From: Ophelia neglecta
Lineage: Eukaryota
NCBI GenBank assembly: GCA_965285935.1
Contig: OZ260661.1
Span: 82,398,001 to 82,462,000 of the forward strand
DNA: 64,000 nt
Direction of reading: 5' to 3'
The notes beneath the pieces are model-generated. The model saw nothing but the letters and a program-made list of their open reading frames with translations. It was not told the DNA's origin and made no database searches. Both the position numbers and the translations under genes were made by a program. Every line of letters begins with the position of its first letter. Positions within the stretch are counted from its first letter, which is position 1. This document shows, one piece after another, positions 9,068 through 20,200 of this stretch.

Positions 9068-12000
9068 ATGATGTTGTCGGAATCACTCAGACAAGCCGAA
9101 AACTCCTTCCGACATGGATTATACAACGAAGCAAGTAGTTTATATACAGGAATTTTAAGTGGTCAATTGTCTACAAAGAAATTTGACCATTTGAAGGAGG
9201 CGAAATATATTCTTCATTCTAACATTGCAACCTGTCACTTGAGAGAAAACAAACCTTCTTTAGCCTTGGAGCAGGCAAAGGAGTGTGAGACGTTGTTACC
9301 CACACCAAAGGTGAGAAGCTGAGCACTTTTACAATTCCAATGTCATTAATTTTTTATAAATCCGGGGGGGGGGGGGGGGGGGGAGATGGTTGCCCACCAA
9401 CATTTTATAGGTCCTAACTTAGTCAAAAGCGTGTTCTTGATTTTAAATCATCCTAACCCATCTACAGAATTCAGAAAGTGTTGTCACATGTTAGCTTTAC
9501 ACTTTACATTCAGCTGTTATCTTGAATAATTCTCATTTATTTTGCTGAGCAAAGAAAATGAAAAGCATTGCTACAGTTTTAATTTTAAAAGCCTATCATT
9601 ATATAATACTAGTATTTTCAATATTTTTGGCAAAAAAGAAAATGTCACCAAACTGTCTTAGTTTGTCTACGTACATTACTTTATTTATAAAATTCCCTCT
9701 TGATCTATTTTGGCATGCTTTTCATCAATTGACCACACAAGTTCATCTTTTATATGAAATAGTTCTTTTTTCCAGAGTTTCTTTCTTCAAGGACTATGTC
9801 ACACCCAGCTCCAAAATAATAAGGCAGCCATAAAAGCATATGTTTTAGCAGTAAAATGTGCCCCAGTTTTCAGTGATGGAGGACCTGATGGAGAGAACAG
9901 TAGTAATTACACAATTAGTGAAGAGAAGAAGTTTGTTCTAGGGTGTCTTCTCCAGGTAGCCTTTACTCAGGATATGGGTCAGTATTATATATACATATAA
10001 CAACATTGTATTACCGGGTATATGCGTTCATTATTTCAATCTGGACCTGTATATAACTTCAAGCCAGTTAAGGGGGTCATTTTTCTGGACCTGTATACAG
10101 GTCCAACCTGGTGAAAGGGTTAGGGTGAGGGCTTATGGGTATACAGGTTCCCAGGCCAGTTTATTTTCAAGACAATAAATGGCCCATAATTATGAAGCTT
10201 AGGCTTAAGTGTCATTAAACCCTCAAAAATGTTATGCGGTGTTGACTGAGTATAAATATTAGTAATGTTTATTTATGCACATGTTTGCATGTTTTAAAGG
10301 TGCGGAACTGAAGTCACAGTTATTGAAGAATGGCTTGGAGCTAGAAATACTACTGAGTATAACGGTACTACTGAGAGATGGGCCGAGCCTTGACATGTGG
10401 CTAGACCTCTTATTTTCTGATCGCGATAGCTACCACTTAACTGCAAATTTAGAATTGTTGCCTATACTAGAACTTGGAGAGAAGGAGCTGGAGAAAGTGT
10501 TAAAAGACATGTTTGGTGATGCAGTAGGCATATGTTGCAATATTACCAAGGGTAGGGGCTTACTTTTCTCTGCATATTAATGAGCAGTTAGACTCCTGCA
10601 TTAAAAGCCTAAAGGAAGGTATCATATTTTTTTTCTAGAAAACTGTATGTATGCACAAGTACATGTATATGGCCAAATCACTATTAGATATTGGTTAGAT
10701 TAAGGTATAGCTTTTAGTTCATCTTTCTCATTTAACCTAGTCTATTGTAGTTGCAAGGACTGGACAGACAGATCACCTATCCTTTTTTGTTATAATCAGT
10801 TTTTATGTTTACTTTATTCATAGGGGGCTGTCACAGACTACACTACTTAATCCATCTTCTCGAATATACCAAGACAAACAAAAAACACTTCCAGACAGCT
10901 TTGGGACCATCCCCCCTTGATATTGTGTGTAATACATACCAGAAAAGTGCTGCCGAAAAAGAACCTAAGACTTGCCACGCCACTGAATCTCCGCCATCAG
11001 AGGCTGCCATGGACATGTGTTATTTGTTAAACTTATTGTTGTCTGTTGGATTGATGGAAAGAAATATCGAACAATTCGGGGACATGTGGTCAGATTTGTC
11101 AGAATCAAGTTCTCTGATAGACTACATAAACAAATGGCTGGAAACAGGTCATATTTTGGGATATTTGTGACTTGAAATTGGTGTATAGGGGTATAAATTG
11201 GTTGGTGTCACATCATGTTCGTAACAGGTGATAACCACTGTACTGCCTGGCACAGGGGCATTATAACATATTATCTATGCATTTCATTTTTTTAAAGTAC
11301 AAGTATCTTATTGACTTCATTGTCTCATAATAAGATAACACAATCTCTATATATTTTTAATTTCATTAATTTTTATTCATTAATTTACCTCTTGTAGACG
11401 AAGCAGAAAAGATGAGAGATGTCCACATAATGACAGCTGATCAAGTCTCGCAGTACCTGTTGAGTCTTCTTTGCAGTCAACTGAGAGGCAAAGTAACGGT
11501 CATTCTCCCCCACCTCACAGTTCTCACTGAATGTGATAAAGCACAAGTACTAGGTATCCAGGGAAACAACATGGCATGGAAAAGTCTGGTTCAGTTGTGT
11601 GTGTGTAACCAGGGTTTAGGTCTTCTCCAGATGTCTGTTGTACTTGAACAGCTTGGTTGTCCCAACCTAGGAGATTCGGTTTATAGAGGTAGGAATTCAT
11701 GTTCAACATACTTTCAGAACACAAATTGTAGTCAATGACGTCTCATAACAGCCTTAGGATACAAGTTACAAAAAAATGCCCCCCAGAGAATTTAGTCACC
11801 ATGGGGACCTTATAGCTGTGCTAGTCCAGTGCTGGCAGCAGTGGTGGCAGTGGCTCAATGCTATAATAGCTAAACCCCTTCATTCTGAAAAAAGAAAAAC
11901 GATGCCAGAGTTGTACAAAATCTCTCTGTAGTGTGATAAACGTTTAATGGTGCAAGCTAGTCATATAAAATGTATTGAATACTAATGGATCATATTTTTG

Positions 12001-15000
12001 CATGATTAGATAACTCCCCAAAATGGCTATGACAGGAATGATATATTACTATATGTAAAATAAGCAATTGACAGTCACAGTCTGATTCTGGAGGTAAAAG
12101 AAGCACTATGATATTCATGATAATGTGCATCTCCAAATCACAAACTAAGGGAAGTTAAACATTAATATTAACTCTTTAGAATTACATTTGGGTCTTGACT
12201 GGGAAAAACTGATGGCTCTCATAGCATTCTATCCAATTTTGATGAAGTATAATTCTTTTCAGTGTACAAAAGATTGTTTCTGCGACCAAGCAGCATTATG
12301 AGGAAAAGTACGGCCCTGAATAACCTGCACAGCAATTTTTCTACAATAACAAAACACCTCATTGAGCAAGATAATATTCTGCCTGTTCTTCTTGATTCCT
12401 GTGAAGACTTAGGTGATACTGGGAGATTTTATCTAATATTCTTCACAAAACAAGGACAAATTTCAAAGAGATCTATACAAGGCTACATATCATCTGTTCT
12501 AGACTTTTTGAGTTTCATAGAATACGGATGTTTTGAGGAGTCAATGATCTGGATTATTCTCAAGGAGGTTGGGTGTGCCATTGAGTCTAGGGTAAAAGAC
12601 TCAGATCAGCTGGGTGAGTTCTACCAACATGACCACACTTTTAACTTTTATAATGTATATAGGAATAGCCTATGGTTTACATCATAATTTTCCTTCCAAT
12701 GAAACAGCAATTTACAATTATAAGTAGGTGCACGCTTATTTATTATTATTAATATTATTATTATTAAAGTCATTGTTTGTAAATGTTTCTATCAAACAGT
12801 ATTAGTTAACAGAAAATATTAATATATCATTTTCTTATTTCAGATTGTCTTGAGCCAAAAATGGAAACTCGTCTGAATTTATTAGAGACATCACCTTGGC
12901 CTGGTAAAATGTGTGATATTTCCATGTAAAGTAATACATTGTCACTAAAACCTTAGCAGTTCTCAATACATGTACCACTACCATGAATTTTGACCCCTTG
13001 CCCTGAGTAAAGGCTAATAAATGAAATGATGCCTTAAATATAAAATTTGTCTCAATGTTTCAGAAATCGAGAGGGTCAATATTAATGAGATTTTAGCAGT
13101 GATTTCTTCATCAAAGACACCGAGACGAAGGAGACGCAATTCATCAAAGTATACATACTTAATTGTGTTTTATCTGATTGCTTCAAAGGAAAATACTGAC
13201 AAGGGAATACCTCAGTAATAACATACTGTGATTATTAACAAATTGAATGTTGTTTTGAAGGGTTAAAATATTAGCACATTTATTAGTTGGGTCGAGGGGC
13301 CTGTTGGTTGATGTCTTGATGAGTTGGACTGTCAGCCGGAAGGTGGAGAGTTATAAATCCTACCACTGGCCAATGTGGTCAGCACAAAGATGTATGGTGC
13401 CAAGGCTTCATAGCCGCCAACCATCCAGCTGTATTCAAGTGTGCCAGCTTATATAGGGAGTCTTACCTGCGATGTACTGATATGACATCCAGGAGAAAGA
13501 CGGTTCTCAGTTGATTGCACCTCTGTAACAGAAATATAAGCAGCACCTTTGGAATGCTTTAACTTGATTGTCATATAATTATTAATTTTGTTGAAAAAAG
13601 TCACCTTAATCTTATTCTGCCAGTCTTCATCACACAGGAAGCTAGTCAAAGAGCCAAGTCAACCGGAGGAACTAAAGAGCTTTGAAAGTGAGCTAGCTGA
13701 CCAAGTGGGCTGTCAGTCCGTGGGGCTGACCCAGGTGTACATGCCCTGTGTACCTAGTCAGCCAGCCATCGCTTCGGCCATCATACAGAGACATATCTGG
13801 TACCTCTCAGAGTCAGCAGATAAGGATAGAGAAGATGTTAGGGGTGAAGATGGAACTGCTGATTCGGAGACTGCAATGAAAACCAGTGTTCTTGTTGTTG
13901 TTCCTGGTAAGAATGCTGTATCATATGCAGTGAATGATTTAAACAGGTATTTACCACACCTGAAAATAGGAGATCATGGTGTTTCTGCAGATCACAGAAA
14001 ACAAGGCAAAGGAAAGGGTTTCGTTCACAAGTCAGGGCTGGCAAAAGTACTACAGAACAAGGATATAGTTGTCTGTGCTGAAGAAACATTTAGCAATTGT
14101 TTGAGATCTTCTTCTGTTGCTATAAACCAAATGACTCTTGTTGTATATCTAAATCTTGACACTTTTTCCAAAGGCTTCCCTCCCTCGATCAATTCTCAGG
14201 TGGCTGCTAAATCAATGCTACCCACGATTGTCATGTTTTCCAAAAGTATATTACAAAGAGAGGACACGCTCAGAACTTTTGGTGTAAGACGCCATCTGAA
14301 AGATCTGTTTGATATGTGTTTTCCCGAGGTGATGTTCCAGTCAAGTGCACTTAGTTCAGGCAATCTACTGGACGATAGCTCAGCACAGACCAAGCAGTCC
14401 TGGGACCTGCTACGGAATGCTTCCTCCCAGTGCTATGGCTCCATGGGATATTTGTCAGGTATGTACCTGTAGGCCTATATGTGAAAGCGAATGATTGTTT
14501 TTGTTCCAATTTATATTGATATAAACACACTGGCGTGAATGATGTGCAAGTAGCAGCAGGTAGTTGAAATGGAGTTAACAGGATATCATATTTATTATGT
14601 GTCCATTGTAGAAAAATCAAAACCCAGAAAAGGTACTTATATTTACAATTATTTGTATTTGAGGTTAAAACTTTTCTAATTGTATTTTAACAAAGTAATT
14701 GTAATTTGCAGGTTTGTTGATCTGCGAGCCTCATGGTGAAGAGAACAATCAACTCAAAGTGGAGGAATGTGTAAGAGATATTTTACCTGCCTCTCTAACT
14801 GTCTCCAGCTTACAGGACATCACAAAAATGCCAAAGTCCAAAAGAAAGGGCTGCAACTTGTACTTGATCAAGTATCATCCATGTATTGTGCATGTATGTC
14901 AGGACAGTCTCTCAACAGATGTCAACTTGGTATATTTAAAGAGAAGTGGGGATGCCTACGCACTTGCAGGAACCAATTTGAAGAATGTTTTACAATGTCT

Positions 15001-15022
15001 TTTATTTTCTAATCTAACTTAA
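9068..15022 (+). CDS. Uncharacterised ~979-aa protein: TPR repeats, helical/CARD-like modules and a degenerate Dicer/RIG-I-like (SF2) helicase domain
   Basis: Ten GT-AG exons: 9068-9310, 9776-9977, 10300-10551, 10824-11147, 11398-11688, 12263-12613, 12844-12903, 13064-13148, 13638-14458, 14712-15022 (2940 nt, all phases compatible, no internal stop). TPR-like segments: AENSFRHGLYNEASSLYT, LHSNIATCHLRENKPSLALEQAKEC, SFFLQGLCHTQLQNNKAAIKAYVLAVKC. Gene structure is well supported; domain calls are by eye. Confidence 0.85.
13289..13555 (+). mobile_element. Degenerate tRNA-derived SINE in intron 8
   Basis: tRNA-like head (ggttgatgtc..ggactgtcagccggaagg..gagttataaatcctacc) followed by ccagctgta...cctgcgatgtactgatatgacatccaggag, resembling the conserved central domain of marine-invertebrate SINEs. 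Confidence 0.5.
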
Positions 15023-17265
15023 AAGTAACTGTGTGATTCAATATACCCAGTGTTCTTTCAGTGCCACTATGATTTTTTATTATACCCAGTGTACTTTCAG
15101 TGTCACTACAGTTCTTTGTTTCATTTTTTAATGCCTATCATCATAATATTAGATATTTACAAATGTGTGTAATGATTCTGTGTGTGCTGTTTTTGGTGGA
15201 ATGTTTTTGATTAATCATATTAAAGCCTTTTGAAAATAGTTGGAAAGCCTTTCTTTCTCTTAATAGTATGACTTTTACCAGTCTGTTTCACATTCACCTG
15301 GAATAATTTGAAAAATATTTTGTGGGTGTACAAGGATCCATTAAAATGAAAGAACCTACTTGTCTCACTGGATAGAATTATACAAGTAGATCTAATACAG
15401 ACTTCAGATTTTAAGAGGTATCCTTCATTTTAAAACTTTTTTTTATAAGCCCCCACATCAGACCTTGACACTGGGAACTCCTCACAGCCTTGATTGCCTT
15501 AATTTTAACCCTGGTACACCCTCATATTTGGTATTTTTTAGTTCATTTTAGGAGTGTGAGCAATATTGGTTGAGGGGGGAGGGGAGGGGATTGTTTGTCC
15601 AAAAAAATAGGGGAGGCTGGGGATCATTGGGACAAAAATCGTCCTAATAATGAATGTATGAAGCATAAATACCGATACCAAAAATTATTATTTGGAAGAG
15701 CAAATCCCTCCCCCCCCCACATATTCAATGCCATCCCTTTTTAATGTTTTCTGGTAAAGGGACTCAGTTGCCCTGTCAATAACAACAACAAACAACACCA
15801 TTATCAATGGAAAGCCCTTGGTAATAGAGTCGAAAAAGTTTGTTGCCCCCTGTTCACCCTCTCCCACAGCCCCTGGTCTCCCCTTCCTCCTAATATAAAG
15901 CAAGGCAAAAGAATATTCAAATATTTTCTGTGCAAAAATTTATTTACAAACAGATTACACAGCATAGCATCAAATAGTTAAGAGGGAATAAATAGTTTAT
16001 CACATTGCAATGTACAATATATATAAATAACATAAACCCTCCTGCCAAACAGGAGAAATTAAACACAAGCCCTCCTGACAAGAGAGTAAATTACAATGAC
16101 ATGTACTCTACATGTCCATGACATCCCTGTTGATTTATCACACTGATTCTGCAAGCAGGGTGAAAAATTCATTCAATAATTCTTACTAACTTATATCCTT
16201 TATCTATCACACTTTATACTCTAGTAATAAATTAAAATTTTACAATCTTGCCAGATTGTAAAGTGACAATGTGATACAGAATGTACCTATCACGATATAC
16301 ATGTAAAACATTTGAATGTATGTTTTGCATTACATGTATTACCAAATATTAGGAATGTCTTAGGCAATTTTAAAGCACCACTTTCTAATACAACAATGTA
16401 CGCAAGGTCAACTACTGCTGGGGCAACTCAGCTTGACAAGTATTACAGTATGCTTTCCAAAGTATGTGGCCAAATAACTTTTCAAGTTTTCCATTTTCAC
16501 TGAATTTCCTACGTAAAATACCCTATTCACTGATACCATGTGGGTAAACATATTTGATTGTTTACTTATCACAGCATTGCACTATCTTAATTCTGCTTTA
16601 ATTGAGTTTATCTCTGAGACACGCACTATCATTTATTTGTCAAATATATAAAAAAGGCATATCTTCATGTTTTATAATGAAAAAAAAAACAGCACTATTT
16701 TCCAAGTTTGCAGACAGCTCTGCCAAAATAACCAACCCTCCTTGTTTTAAAATGCTGCTATTAATACAGTAAATCTATTTTATGGTACATGAAAAACCCA
16801 CAAATCTAGCCGAGTTGCATTACATAGCATCAAGTATAGGTAGTTTAACAGACTCTGAAGGAAGGGCACATCTACAAATAGAGGAACCCATTTCCTCAGT
16901 ATAACTGTACAGTCATCTGATGTATTACAGTTTAAAATAATGGCTTGTACATATTTATTTACCAAAAACCTTAACTAGCTTCATATAATAGCCTAATAAT
17001 TGAATTGTACAGCACAATGCAAAGGATAAAGGATGCAAATTTTGATACTTGGGCTTGCATTCAATCCAATATGTGAGGGTTTTTCGGCTTTCAGTTACCT
17101 ATAGTACTTGTATCACAGCAAAACTTGGAATCAATACTATAGCATAATAAACTCACAAGGCAATCAATGTTTAACAAGACATTCTTAAAATTTCAAATAC
17201 ATGTATGAAGTTTTTTATACATAAAGTACCGGTACTTTTTCTTAATGTCTGCTTGCTAGTGAGTG

Positions 17266-20200
17266 CTATCTTTGTCCTTGGGACTGTTGGGCTGTCGAAA
17301 ACAAAAGAATAAAGCTTTAATAACGGTAATAAGACCATACTATCATTGGACAGGAGTGGAGAATGTGCAAGTGGTTTTTAATGTAAAGGAGACAATAGTT
17401 ATGAGCAGAAAATCTTTCAGAATGCCTATTCACTCATATTCTATTGTAAAAATGTTCCAAGAAGCCAGATTTCATGATAACAAATTTAAATGTGGCTTAC
17501 CATGTTTGATAACATTCTGTCTAGCTCTTAAAAAGGCCATTATGTCTGCGTCTGCTTGGGCGTCCCCAGTCAAAGGAATACTGCCAGACTTCTCTGCTCT
17601 GTAAAACCAAATAAATCAAACAAAGTGTTAAGAAACATGCACTCCAACTAATAAATATTAATAATAGAATACCCTAGTCATCCACGTATTATAATAATAA
17701 TTCCCTCTAACTAATGATTTTATTAAGTTTATGATTTACAGATTTACATTTTAAAAGTTAGTTGACCAAAGAATTTTACCGAGAAGATTTCTGCTGTCTT
17801 GATCTGTGGCTGTGGGCTGATTCCTGAGATCTATACCCACTAGTCTCATCAGTGCTGACCCCACCAAACGCACGTTGACGAAGATCGCCACTGCCTGCAT
17901 TGAAAGACTCAGAAGCCAAGCTTGACTGAAAAGAATTGAACTGTTGTATAAGAAATGCATTTAGTAGGAGTGTCATAGATACAGTACATATCGATATATC
18001 GCTATTCCAAATTTATCAATTTGTGTATCTATACATATGGCTGAACATCGTCATACAAATACAAATACACAAAGATCATAAAACTTAGTAACTGTCACCT
18101 GAGAACAGGGTTCTAAAAAAGATATAAAGATGATTCTTGGAAAACAAAGGTTTTCTGATAAATATTGTACAAAGAAAGGGTTTTAAAACTTGTATAGCGG
18201 AACAATGACAAAGTTTCAATATTGGAAAAACCTTTTGGACATGAGTTTTATTTCACATGTGAAACATAACATGTTTCTCATCTGGCAAGAGTTCAGATTA
18301 ATTAAGAACAATACCCAGAAACCTCTTGTCAAGAAACATTAGTCAATACTTCCCATATATACAGTGTGTTCAATTAATAATAACTGGAGCTCTGGCCAAG
18401 GTTTAAAAGGACATTGAATAGTCTTTTCAAGAAGGAAAAGCAGAATATTATAGGTTAGATTTTTGTTTCTTTCTATTTGACCAGCCGCAGAAAAAACATC
18501 TTGAGAAAAAAATAGTTCCAATGTTCAGCCGTTAGCTGCTACTAAGTCTTGTCAATTTACTGCATATATGGCTTGTTTTTTTAAAAATGTATTAATCCTT
18601 AGCAATAAAACATAATTTTAGAACTGACACTACATTATTGAAAATCGAGGTAATCCACCTTTACTCAAGTTACAGTAGGTGGTATAAGCAAGCAAATTCT
18701 TTAGAAAGAAATATAATAAATGAATTAATTAATATGTTGGTAATTTTAGGTTGGCCTCACCTGTGATGAGCTAGTTGAGAACACTTGTTGTTTGTTTTCA
18801 CTAGGGGTGAGGGGAGGGGTTCGCCAGGCAGCCTTAGCCTTAGGCTCCTTCAACACCTCTTTTTGCTCCTAACAGAAAATAATCTCATGGTGAATAGGTC
18901 AAGTTAATCTACACTGTTTCTATTTTCCTATCACTTAATGTTTTAGTTAAAGAATTACTCTGAAGGAAAAAAAAACTAAATATTCCTTGTTAATATAACA
19001 ACAAAACTGAATGGTAGAATGAAAGACACCCTGTTAGTTATATTTCCCTTATATAATAGATAACAGTATGTTGCAACCCCCCACCCCCACGCCCATCAGC
19101 AATTCAATGAAATATGAAATAGCCCTAGGCTCAAAAGTACAATTCACATCCTTTTCAAATTTGATAAATTTGTTGTGTTTGTGCAGAAATATGGAAAATC
19201 TGGTCTCCTCACCAGCTCTTAACCCCAAGCGAATGTAAATGGTATGGAAAGTAAACGAAAAAAAAAACAGTTAAGGCCGAAATTCAATCCCCTTCACACA
19301 ATCCACCCAGTTTTGACCAGATGAGGAGGTTTAATACCTGTAAAGAAGCAGCCTGCTCAGCCCACCATATTTCGAAATCCTTCATCAATTTGACCTTTGA
19401 CTTCTCCAACAAATGCTGCAGATGTTCAATTTCTGTTTTTAGCGTTCGTAGTCGGTTGAAGGATTCTTTGTACTTGTTTTTCTCTTCTTCTATCTGGTGC
19501 CTCATTTCTTGTTCAAGATCGTCTGGCTCTGGATTTTCTGGGTCTACTAAGCCTACATCAAACATATAAACTTACAATCTGAATCTGAATCTGAGATGCT
19601 GAATTACCCAAAAATGTTCAGTTTTTATCCATAACTTTGTTTAAAGTAACCAATTTTTGTTTAAATAAACACCATGGCATACAGTATTTCTTACCTTGCA
19701 TTACCCGAGACATTCTATGCTGTTCAATAGAAGATTTGAGTTTGTCTGCAATGAAATTGCATCATGCATATGGCATAATTATCAGGGATGAACAGGGCAT
19801 ATCTGCAGATTATAGACGTATTAATGTTTGTTACTGTAACATCAAAATTATAAAAGCACAGCAATGAACATCATGTTCACATATTCGACTATAGTTTTCT
19901 GTTCAAGAAAAAACTTAGATCAGTATCACAAGTGTTATCAGAAAAGAGATAACTTTGACCATTCCATTTTCGGTGATAAAAACTCTAGCTAAAAACCACA
20001 ATGACACTTATGAAACTATCCTCATTAAAAGTTATGTTTATATGAAACATGAGTTGATTGAGGTATTCAATTTTTTACTTACTTATTTTTGTCCTGGCAT
20101 GATTCACTCTTTCCCCTAATGACTTGGCCTCTGCATATTTTTGTTTCAACACTCTCTTGTTTTCTTCTATATTTGGCTTCTGTGGATAATCTCTTCGAAA

